Source: Candidatus Berkelbacteria bacterium CG10_big_fil_rev_8_21_14_0_10_41_12
GTDB taxonomy: Bacteria; Patescibacteriota; UBA1384; 1-14-0-10-41-12
Length of the DNA: 47,133 nt
Assembly (NCBI GenBank): GCA_002778735.1
Contig: PEZV01000002.1
Span: forward strand, 1 to 47,133
Direction of reading: 5' to 3'
In this document: positions 1 to 8,045 of the stretch, piece after piece
Layout: every line of letters begins with the position of its first letter
Position numbering within the stretch: position 1 is the first letter of the stretch
Program-made: the position numbers and the translations under genes
The notes under the pieces: generated by a model
Database searches by the model: none
What the model was told of the DNA's origin: nothing
Seen by the model: only the letters and a program-made list of their open reading frames with translations

Positions 1-53
1 AAGCGAGAGCCGAAGGCTCGAGCGAAGCGGAAGAATTGGCACGAAATAAATTT

Positions 54-394
54 TGGTGGAACAGGGCGGAATCGAACCGCCGTCCGAAAAGTTTCACAAG
101 AGTGGTTGACAAGCTTTGGGTTTCCTTAGTTTTGCTTAGACGGTTTACCAAGGATATCTACGCCGTCGCAAACTCGTAGGTTTTGCCCGGCGGTCGCCCG
201 AGTTAAACGCTCCGCAGGACAGTCATAGCAATTAGGCTATGACAGGTGAAAGAGCAAAGCCCGCAAAAGCGGTCTTTACTTTTTCTACTAAGGTTTTTGC
301 ACTTAGTGTTTGCAATTCAGATTAGCGAGATAAAATTGCATGCTCGGCTTGCCACTTTTTGTAAATGATCTTTCCGTCGAATCCATACTGTCCC
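54..394 (-). ncRNA. ssrA: tmRNA (SsrA)
   Basis: Minus strand reads GGGACAGTATGGATTCGACGG ... GGACGGCGGTTCGATTCCGCCCTGTTCCACCA. This gives a tRNA-Ala-like acceptor stem with a G3:U70 wobble, a T-arm and a CCA end. An internal Ala-initiated tag frame (300..232) has its TAA in a hairpin loop. smpB lies 1 kb away. Confidence 0.85.
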
Positions 395-411
395 ATATCG
401 CGAATTATATA

Positions 412-1269
412 CTATTTTGCAGATTTGTCAAGGTTAGTATTATTAAATATTATTATAGCAAAAACAATCATTAATATACTCGCTATCTGCGCAAAATCGA
501 GTCCAATCACGATCGGTTGATAGTCTGATCTGAAAAACTCCACCAAAAAACGAATAACGCCATAAGATATAAGATAATATTTGATTCCATTAATTTTGTC
601 ATTTTGCGCTTTTAAAATAAGATAAATAATGTAAGCCGCAACCAGTATCAAGCTCTCGAATAAAAAAACCGGCAGGAACGTTTGGTATCCGAAATATTGT
701 GCCGGAACGTCGGAGCTTGGAACTTGCATTGCCAAAAAACTATTTGACGGCTTGCCAACAATTTCTTTGTTGAAGTAGTTTCCCCATCGTCCAATAGCTT
801 GGGCAAGAAGAATCTGCGGCATCGAAATACTAAGGTATTCGATAATCTTTTTGTATTTAATAAATCCGTATATTGCAACTGCGATTATTCCGCCAATAAC
901 CGCCCCGTGGATCGAGAGACCGCCATTTGATATATTCAATAAATCCGCAAAATTATCGTATTGATTGTTGCTAAAGAGCAAAAAAGCTATTCTTGCGCCG
1001 ATCACTCCGCCAATGATTGCGAAGAGAATTAAACTGTCAAAAAAATCTATATCTAAATTTCTACGTTTGACTTCGCTTCGGCTAATCAGGTATGCAATTA
1101 AGACGCTTATAGCAATTAAGATGCCGTAAAAATGAATATTTATTCCAAAGATCTGAAATTGATTGAGAAGAGTTTTATTCTTAGTTAAAAAATAAAGAAC
1201 TATCTCGAATAGCGCAAGGGTTGTAACGATTATTAATGTTGGATTCTTTTTGAGAATTGAATTAGGCAC
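412..1269 (-). CDS. lgt: prolipoprotein diacylglyceryl transferase
   Basis: 285-aa polytopic membrane ORF with the Lgt signature GRWGNYFNKE and GGLSIHGAVIGG. Confidence 0.9.
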   Translation of the reverse strand: MPNSILKKNPTLIIVTTLALFEIVLYFLTKNKTLLNQFQIFGINIHFYGILIAISVLIAYLISRSEVKRRNLDIDFFDSLILFAIIGGVIGARIAFLLFSNNQYDNFADLLNISNGGLSIHGAVIGGIIAVAIYGFIKYKKIIEYLSISMPQILLAQAIGRWGNYFNKEIVGKPSNSFLAMQVPSSDVPAQYFGYQTFLPVFLFESLILVAAYIIYLILKAQNDKINGIKYYLISYGVIRFLVEFFRSDYQPIVIGLDFAQIASILMIVFAIIIFNNTNLDKSAK

Positions 1270-1309
1270 TTTTTTATGGTATCATTTCTTCGCAGAACTG
1301 AAAGTATTT

Positions 1310-1386
1310 GCACCCGTAGCTCAGTTGGTTAGAGCGCATCGTTGACATCGATGAGGTCATCCGTTCGAGTCGGATCGGGTGCACCA
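1310..1386 (+). tRNA. tRNA-Val (anticodon GAC), CCA encoded
   Basis: Hand-folded cloverleaf: acceptor GCACCCG/CGGGTGC, D arm GCTC..GAGC, anticodon stem CATCG/CGATG with loop TTGACAT, T arm ATCCG-TTCGAGT-CGGAT, then ACCA. Confidence 0.95.
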
Positions 1387-1387
1387 T

Positions 1388-1414
1388 AAAAAATCACCCA
1401 AAGGGTGATTTTTT
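1388..1414. terminator. bidirectional intrinsic terminator (tRNA-Val on +, smpB on -)
   Basis: AAAAA-ATCACCC-AAA-GGGTGAT-TTTTT: 7-bp stem flanked by an A-run and a T-run. Confidence 0.8.
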
Positions 1415-1429
1415 ATTGCGGGATAGTGA

Positions 1430-1882
1430 TTATTTATTGCGTAACTTCGTTTCTTGTTTGATCTTCTGTTCGGCATCGCGTGCTTTTAGAGTTTCCCTTT
1501 TATCAAATTTCTTCTTACCCCGCCCGATGCCGATCTCAACTTTTGCTTTTCCTCTTTTTAGATAAACCGTTAGTGGAACAAGCGTTAGGCCTTTTTCTTG
1601 TGTTACCTGAACCAACTTGGTTAATTCGCTTTTGTGAACCAATAATTTTTTTGATCTTTGCGGATCATGGCCCTGAACTTCAGTGTGAAAATGTGAGCCG
1701 ATTAAAAATAATTCCGGAGCATTATCATGCGAAATAATCTTAGCGTACGACCCCCGCAGATCCACTCGGCCGGATCTGACTGCTTTGATTTCGTCGGCAA
1801 CCAAAACAATTCCGGCTTCGAACGAATCGGTAATTTCATAGTCAAATCGCGCTTTTTTATTTTGTATTCTTTTGTCCCGCAT
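1430..1882 (-). CDS. smpB: SsrA-binding protein SmpB
   Basis: 150 aa. The N-terminus KKARFDYEI..FEAGIVL.G.EIK..R.G...L..SY is typical of SmpB, with a basic C-terminal tail. tmRNA is adjacent. Confidence 0.93.
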   Translation of the reverse strand: MRDKRIQNKKARFDYEITDSFEAGIVLVADEIKAVRSGRVDLRGSYAKIISHDNAPELFLIGSHFHTEVQGHDPQRSKKLLVHKSELTKLVQVTQEKGLTLVPLTVYLKRGKAKVEIGIGRGKKKFDKRETLKARDAEQKIKQETKLRNK

Positions 1883-1980
1883 AGATTTATAATATACCTG
1901 AATTTATTGGTTCGCAATCGTAAAATCATGTTGTTGCATTTTGTTTCTCATACTGTTAATTTCATTATAGAAAGGAGAAC

Positions 1981-2553
1981 ATGATTATAGGTATTAGCGG
2001 AATGCCGGCTGCCGGTAAAGATACGGTTTCTGAGTATCTTGAACAAAAAGAAGGTTACAACCACATTTCCCTTTCGGAGATTCTTAGAGGGATTGTAAAA
2101 GCAGAAGGAATGGAAGTTAACCTTGAAAATTTAACTAAAGTCGGTAATTTGCTGACGAGGGAATATAACAATCATTATCTTGCACAAAAGGCAATGCAGC
2201 GGGTCAGGAGGGGAAGAAATACTGTCATCTCAAGCATAAGACAGCCTGGGGAAATTGAATATCTGCGCAGCCGAAAAGATTTTTATATGGTTTTTGTCGA
2301 TGCTGATATTAAAATAAGATTTGAAAGATTGAAATTGAGGGACAGGGAAGGAGACTCAAAAACACTTAAAGAATTTAGACAGATTGAGAAAAAGCAATTG
2401 GACGGTAAGGACGGAGGTATGAATTTGCTTGAATGCAAAAAGAAATCTGATTTTGTCTTGACCAACGATGGCACGATGGAGGAGTTTATTAAAAAGATTA
2501 AAGATTTAGTGAAAAAGTTGAACGAAAGAGAGAGGAAGAAGATTGGCAAATAA
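1981..2553 (+). CDS. P-loop nucleoside/nucleotide kinase-like protein (UPF0200 / dephospho-CoA-kinase-like)
   Basis: Walker A GISGMPAAGKDT at the N-terminus. About 190 aa with the layout of small archaeal-type AAA kinases. RBS AAAGGAG upstream. Substrate unknown. Confidence 0.6.
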   Translation: MIIGISGMPAAGKDTVSEYLEQKEGYNHISLSEILRGIVKAEGMEVNLENLTKVGNLLTREYNNHYLAQKAMQRVRRGRNTVISSIRQPGEIEYLRSRKDFYMVFVDADIKIRFERLKLRDREGDSKTLKEFRQIEKKQLDGKDGGMNLLECKKKSDFVLTNDGTMEEFIKKIKDLVKKLNERERKKIGK

Positions 2554-3181
2554 ACTGATATGTTTGGTGGGGATGTGCGGCGCCGGTAAGTCCGAAGTAG
2601 CGCAGTATTTAATGAAAAAAAGGGAATTTGGTTTTGTTAGATTTGGGCAGATTACGTTGGACAAAGTCAAAGAGCTTAGGGAAAAATCTAGCGAGAAACT
2701 TGAAAAGAAGATAAGAGATGGTTTGAGAAAAAAATATGGTATGGCAGCTTTTGCCAAATTAAATATGCCCCAATTTAACGTACTTTTGAAAGAGGGTGAT
2801 GTCATAGGCGATGGGTTATATTCGTGGGAAGAATATTTAGAGTTGAAGGAAAAATATGATGATAGATTAATTGTTTTAGCAGTGTATGCTGCGCCCAAAA
2901 TCCGCTATAGACGGTTGGAAAATCGTGCCAAAAGACACGGAGAAGATAGCAAACTGCGATATAGGAGTTTTACGAAAGGGGAGGCGGCTTCTCGCGACAA
3001 GTCAGAAATTGAGAAAAGCCACAAAGCCGGACCAATCGCGATGGCAGATTATACATTCATCAACGAAGGAACACTGGGAAATTTATATAGTCAGGTAGAT
3101 GAAGTTTGTGATCGTATTTTTCGTGTCAAAGATGGTAAAGTCAGAACACGCAAAAGTAATTTTCGAAAGAACAAAATATAA
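2543..3181 (+). CDS. second P-loop kinase-like paralogue (UPF0200-like)
   Basis: Walker A LVGMCGAGKSEV. Same overall layout as the preceding ORF, including a shared ...NEGT / ...NDGT motif near the C-terminus. Overlaps the upstream gene by 11 nt. Confidence 0.55.
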   Translation: MANKLICLVGMCGAGKSEVAQYLMKKREFGFVRFGQITLDKVKELREKSSEKLEKKIRDGLRKKYGMAAFAKLNMPQFNVLLKEGDVIGDGLYSWEEYLELKEKYDDRLIVLAVYAAPKIRYRRLENRAKRHGEDSKLRYRSFTKGEAASRDKSEIEKSHKAGPIAMADYTFINEGTLGNLYSQVDEVCDRIFRVKDGKVRTRKSNFRKNKI

Positions 3182-3207
3182 CATTTTTTTAATATTACGG
3201 AGGGAAA

Positions 3208-4311
3208 ATGGATGAGGAGAAGAAAAAAAGAGTAAGCTGGGACGAATATTTTATGAATATTGCTCATCTTGTTGCTACCAGGTCAACTTGTAACAGAGGG
3301 GTGCCGATAAAATATTTATCAAAATACAAAGGTGTAGGGGCTGTTATTGTGAAAGACAGAGTCATTCTTTCGACCGGATATAATGGTTCCCCAAGAGGTC
3401 TTGATCATTGTGATGATGTCGGGCATGAGATGATAGAGGGGCATTGTGTCAGGACTGTGCATGCGGAAGCCAACGCTCTTGCCTCGGCAGCTAAACACGG
3501 TATTGCTGTTGACAAGGCAACGTTTTATACCACTGCTTCACCGTGTTACGACTGTTTTAAAATGCTTATTAATGCCGGCATAGAGAGAATTGTCTGCGGT
3601 TCGTTTTATGGAAGCCGTTATGGCGCGAGTGAAAAAGTTGTCGGTCTTGCCGCTCAAGCGGGCATACAGTTTGAATTTTTAAGATCGGAGTCGGATCAGC
3701 CACACGGATTTGATGAAGACACTATAAGAATTACCGAAGCAAAAGTGGCAGATATAAATAAGCTAAAAGTGAGAAAAATACATCCCTCGGCAACAGTGCC
3801 TTCTTATTCACACAATGGCGACGCAGGTCTTGATTTATTTGCGGTAGAAGGCGCCACAGTTGCTTCGGGCAAGCGCGCAAGTATCGGTACGGGAATTTCG
3901 GTAGAGATTCCTATGGGGTATGCCGGGCTAATTTGGGACAGGAGTGGCTTGTCGCAGAAAAAGGGATTGAAAACACTGGGCGGCGTAATTGATAGCACGT
4001 ATCGTGGTGAGATTATAGTTGGTCTTTATAACACATCCGACGAGGCAGTTGAGCTGATGAAAGGCGACCGAGTTGCGCAGATGTTAATCCAGCCGGTCGA
4101 GAGCGCAAAATTGGAGATTGTCGAAGACTTGAGCGAGACACAGCGCGCGGATAAAGGTTTTGGTAGTACGGAACGATCCGAGGGCAAGAAGTTGGAGGAA
4201 AGTGAAATTAGAGAAATAAAACAGGCTTCAGTGCCTGAAGAAATTAAGACGCAAAATAAAAACACCAGAAAGGAAGAAAATGGCGAAGGAAAAACTAAGA
4301 GCAGATGGTAA
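3208..4311 (+). CDS. fused dCMP deaminase (ComEB-type) / dUTPase
   Basis: N-terminal half carries the zinc deaminase motifs HAEANAL and PCYDCFKM. C-terminal half carries all five dUTPase motifs: [40 protein letters not shown]. Ends in a K/E-rich tail. Confidence 0.88.
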   Translation: MDEEKKKRVSWDEYFMNIAHLVATRSTCNRGVPIKYLSKYKGVGAVIVKDRVILSTGYNGSPRGLDHCDDVGHEMIEGHCVRTVHAEANALASAAKHGIAVDKATFYTTASPCYDCFKMLINAGIERIVCGSFYGSRYGASEKVVGLAAQAGIQFEFLRSESDQPHGFDEDTIRITEAKVADINKLKVRKIHPSATVPSYSHNGDAGLDLFAVEGATVASGKRASIGTGISVEIPMGYAGLIWDRSGLSQKKGLKTLGGVIDSTYRGEIIVGLYNTSDEAVELMKGDRVAQMLIQPVESAKLEIVEDLSETQRADKGFGSTERSEGKKLEESEIREIKQASVPEEIKTQNKNTRKEENGEGKTKSRW

Positions 4312-4384
4312 ATCCCCACACCCAAAACGTGCCGGTCGTAAGAATTTTCAAGTAAAAAATACTGTTGCGGTAAATAAGAATATA

Positions 4385-5626
4385 ATGAAGTCTGCAAAAT
4401 CCGGGTGGGGGGATAAAGTTTTTGCATTAATTAAAGAAGAAGAAAAAAGGCAGACAGACGGGCTTGAAATGATTGCCTCAGAGAATTATGTGTCCAAACA
4501 GGTGCTCGAGGCGACAGGGTCAGTTTTAACCAATAAATACGCAGAGGGTTATCCGGGGCACAGGTACTATGGCGGGTGTGAGGTGATTGATAAAATTGAG
4601 TCTTTGGCAATTGAGAGGCTGAAAAAATTATTTGGATGTAAATTTGCGAACGTACAACCGCATTGTGGATCCTCAGCTAATATGGCGGCATATTACGCTC
4701 TAATTAAACCGGGCGATAAACTATTGGGCCAAGCCATTGATGCAGGCGGACATTTGACACACGGCGCAAAAGTTTCATTCTCCGGACAAATCTATAAATC
4801 TTTTGGATATGGCCTGGATTCAAAGACGGGATTTTTGAATTATGAAGATATTGCGAAAATTGCAAAGAAAGTAAAGCCGAAGGTCGTTATGTGTGGCTAT
4901 AGTGCCTATCCGCGCAGTATTGATTTTAAGAAATTTAAGAAGATTGCGAGATCTGTAAATGCGTATTTAATTGCGGATATTGCCCATATTGCGGGATTAG
5001 TTGCGACGGGATATCATCAATCGCCTATTGGGATTGCGGATATTGTAACTTCGACAACGCACAAGACCTTGCGCGGTCCGAGATCGGGGATAATTATGAC
5101 TAATGACGAAGAGCTGGCAAAGAAAATTAATAGAGCAATTTTTCCGGCTCTGCAAGGCGGTCCGCTCGAGCATGTCATCGCCGCAAAGGCAGTGGCGTTT
5201 GGTGAAGCGTTGAAACCATCGTTTAAAAAGTATATCGGAGACATTCTTGAGAACATGAAAGTTTTTGCCAAGACGTTGATGTCTTTTGATTTTGATTTAG
5301 TTACCAACGGGACAGATAATCACCTTATCTTGGTTGATTTGCGAAGCAAAAATCTAACCGGACAGGAGTTTGAATCGGCGTTAGGTGAAGCAGGGATTAC
5401 GGTTAATAAGAATGGAATCCCTCTCGATCCTCTTCCGCCGAAAATAACCTCCGGAATTAGGGTTGGCACAGCCGCTTTGACTACCCGAGGTATGAGACCG
5501 AAAGAAATGCAAAGGATTGCCGAGATGTTTAATATTGTAGCGGAAAATATCTCGAACAAGAAAAAACTGCAGGAGATTAAAAGGGAGGTTAAAAGCATGA
5601 CAAAGAAGTTTCCCTTGACCCGTTAG
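4385..5626 (+). CDS. glyA: serine hydroxymethyltransferase
   Basis: [26 protein letters not shown] and the PLP-lysine region [12 protein letters not shown]. The ORF is open from 4280, but ATG 4385 gives the usual distance to the ASENY motif. Confidence 0.9.
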   Translation: MKSAKSGWGDKVFALIKEEEKRQTDGLEMIASENYVSKQVLEATGSVLTNKYAEGYPGHRYYGGCEVIDKIESLAIERLKKLFGCKFANVQPHCGSSANMAAYYALIKPGDKLLGQAIDAGGHLTHGAKVSFSGQIYKSFGYGLDSKTGFLNYEDIAKIAKKVKPKVVMCGYSAYPRSIDFKKFKKIARSVNAYLIADIAHIAGLVATGYHQSPIGIADIVTSTTHKTLRGPRSGIIMTNDEELAKKINRAIFPALQGGPLEHVIAAKAVAFGEALKPSFKKYIGDILENMKVFAKTLMSFDFDLVTNGTDNHLILVDLRSKNLTGQEFESALGEAGITVNKNGIPLDPLPPKITSGIRVGTAALTTRGMRPKEMQRIAEMFNIVAENISNKKKLQEIKREVKSMTKKFPLTR

Positions 5627-5634
5627 AGATAACT

Positions 5635-5895
5635 ATGCATTATACTTACATTTTGCAAAGTAAAAAAGATAATTGTTTGTATACCGGCTGTACAAAAGAT
5701 TTACGGAAGCGTTTTGATGAGCATATTCAAGGGCGAGTTTATCCTACCCGAGCCAGAGGCCCTTTTAAAATTATTTATTATGAAGCATGCTGGGATAGAG
5801 GTGATGCTTTTGCAAGAGAAAAATATCTTAAATCTGTATATGGCAAGCGATACCTAAAAAATAGGTTAAAACGCTTCCTATCTCTAACGGGGTAA
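5635..5895 (+). CDS. stand-alone GIY-YIG nuclease-domain protein (YhbQ/UPF0213-like)
   Basis: 86 aa with YTYIL...LYTGCT...R...H...G and no attached DNA-binding domain. Confidence 0.8.
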   Translation: MHYTYILQSKKDNCLYTGCTKDLRKRFDEHIQGRVYPTRARGPFKIIYYEACWDRGDAFAREKYLKSVYGKRYLKNRLKRFLSLTG

Positions 5896-5896
5896 A

Positions 5897-7285
5897 ATGC
5901 CAAAAAGAAGAGTTTATGTTTTAGAAGGTAAAACGGAGGAAGAAATTGCTATGGCGATGGCAGTGACCAGCAGGTCTCCATTGCCGTTTGATGAAATTTT
6001 ATCCCAAATAGATAGCAAAAAATCCGGCAACTTTCTCGAGAAATTTTATATCAATTATGGGCACGGTTCAATTGCGGATACGGCGTTTATCCACATTGCG
6101 ATTGAAAACATTTCGCAAATTGCGGTAAAAGCTCTTGAAAATACGCGACTTGCCGCTTATCAAGAAAAGTCCACACGGTATCAGATAATGGATCGCCGTC
6201 ATATTGTCGAGCCAAGCGAAATTAAAAAATCGCAATACCATAAGATTTATCTGGAGATAATCAATGGCTTATTTGATCTCTACGAAGAGTTTGTAAAAAT
6301 ATTATTATCAAACGCGAGAAAAAATATTAAACGTGGCAAAGATGAATCGGAAAGTGCATATGAAAATCGAATTAGAATTCCTGTAATTGATCGTTGCCGA
6401 CTAATCCTGCCAACTGCAGTAATGTGTAATGTTGGTTTGACAATGTCCGGGAGGTCAATTGAATATACGATAGCCAAACTTCTTTCCAGCCAGCTTTCTG
6501 AAGTGAGGGCGCTGGGCCAAGAAATAAAGAAGGTGGCCAATAATAACTTACCAATTTTAGTAAAGTATTCGGACCCTATAGATTATTTGATTAGGCAGGA
6601 AAAAAGTTTGCAGAAATTAGGCAAAGGGATAATTGGTAAAAGAATATTGCCACATCCTCGAGGAAAATTTGTTGAACTGGTGGAATATGACGGAAATGCA
6701 CTGGGCAAAGTTTTAAGTGCAACGCTACTTAGATTTAGCGGCAGGTCATACGCTGAGATTAAAAAAGTAGTTGGAAAAATGTCTCGGAAAGAGAAGGAAG
6801 AATTATTTGACAAGATTATTGGGAACAGAAAACAAAGACATGATAAACCCTTGAGGGAATTGGAAGCTACGCATTATACTTTTGATATTGTCTGTGACTA
6901 TGGTGCATTTAAGGATTTGCAACGTCATCGTATGACTACGCAAACACTTCAACCGTTCACAACAAGTTTAGGATACGTTGAGCCGATGAATCTTGCCGAA
7001 ACTGGCAAGGTTAAGGAATATCACGCTTTGATGAAAAAAGTCGAGAAAGTATATAAAGTAATTTCGAAAAAGTTTCCGCTGGAGGCGCAATATCTTATCC
7101 CGATGGCGTATAGAAAGAGAACCTTATTTAATATGAATTTGCGCGAAGCGATATACCTTATTGAGCTGCGCTCCCGGCCTCAAGGACATATCTCTTATCG
7201 AAGAGTTTCTTGGGAAATGTGGGATCAGATAAATAAAGTGCATCCATATTTTGCAAAACATATTAATGTGAATAAGAGCCAATAA
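5897..7285 (+). CDS. thyX: FAD-dependent thymidylate synthase, double-length ThyX-like
   Basis: 462 aa, about twice a canonical ThyX. First half has YGHGSI....FIHI and YQEKSTRY. Second half has LQRHRMTTQT. Sits between glyA and tmk. Confidence 0.75.
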   Translation: MPKRRVYVLEGKTEEEIAMAMAVTSRSPLPFDEILSQIDSKKSGNFLEKFYINYGHGSIADTAFIHIAIENISQIAVKALENTRLAAYQEKSTRYQIMDRRHIVEPSEIKKSQYHKIYLEIINGLFDLYEEFVKILLSNARKNIKRGKDESESAYENRIRIPVIDRCRLILPTAVMCNVGLTMSGRSIEYTIAKLLSSQLSEVRALGQEIKKVANNNLPILVKYSDPIDYLIRQEKSLQKLGKGIIGKRILPHPRGKFVELVEYDGNALGKVLSATLLRFSGRSYAEIKKVVGKMSRKEKEELFDKIIGNRKQRHDKPLRELEATHYTFDIVCDYGAFKDLQRHRMTTQTLQPFTTSLGYVEPMNLAETGKVKEYHALMKKVEKVYKVISKKFPLEAQYLIPMAYRKRTLFNMNLREAIYLIELRSRPQGHISYRRVSWEMWDQINKVHPYFAKHINVNKSQ

Positions 7286-7301
7286 AATTCAATGGGGTAA
7301 A

Positions 7302-8015
7302 ATGCCAAAAAAAAGTAAATTTATTGTGATCGAAGGGTCGGACGGCGTTGGCAAGAAGACGCAGGCGGATTTAATTACAAAAATGTTTAGGCGTGTTGGC
7401 AAGCAAGTTGTCTTTTATGATTTTCCACAGTATGAAAGGAGTTTTTTCGGGAAAATGGTTGCGAGCTATCTGAATGGTGAATTTGGCGATGTGGATGATG
7501 TCAGCCCGTATTTGATTTCTCTCCTGTACGCGGGTGATCGCTTTGAGGCAGCTGAGCATATAAGACACGATTTAAGGAGAGGGAAGATAGTTATTTCCAA
7601 TCGTTATACGCAGTCGAATATGGGTTTTCAATCGGCGAAAATAAAAGACGAAAATGAAAAGAAAAAATTTCTACAGTGGCTTGAGGAGTTAGAATATGGT
7701 ATTTTTAATATTCCAAAGCCGGACTTAGTAATATATCTTTATGCTCCTCATAAAATAAGCCAAAAGATGGTAGATAAAAAGACTAAGCGAGGTTATACCG
7801 ACAAAAAAAGGGATATTCATGAGAGAAATGGGAAGTTTTTAGCCAAAGTCGAGAAAGAATATTTGTCTCTTGCTAAAAGTAGTCCGGAGTGGCGAACGAT
7901 TATTTGTGTAGTGGGTGATAAAATGCTTACACCTGAGGAAATAAGTAAAAGAATTTTTGCGATTATCGAAGGTAGAAGTGTTATTAACGACCCGAAAGCT
8001 ACAACCCTCTTTTAA
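7302..8015 (+). CDS. tmk: thymidylate kinase
   Basis: P-loop IVIEGSDGVGKKTQ, DRF motif region YAGDRFEA, and a lid region with R/K residues. Confidence 0.88.
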   Translation: MPKKSKFIVIEGSDGVGKKTQADLITKMFRRVGKQVVFYDFPQYERSFFGKMVASYLNGEFGDVDDVSPYLISLLYAGDRFEAAEHIRHDLRRGKIVISNRYTQSNMGFQSAKIKDENEKKKFLQWLEELEYGIFNIPKPDLVIYLYAPHKISQKMVDKKTKRGYTDKKRDIHERNGKFLAKVEKEYLSLAKSSPEWRTIICVVGDKMLTPEEISKRIFAIIEGRSVINDPKATTLF

Positions 8016-8045
8016 AAATTGAATTTTTAGGGTAAAATTTAGCTC

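Noticed and set aside
1-53. Hairpin GAGCC-GAA-GGCTC just downstream of the tmRNA 3' end (minus strand), as a possible tmRNA terminator.
   Set aside because: It is short, lacks a clear U-tract, and is truncated by the window edge. That is not enough evidence to call it.
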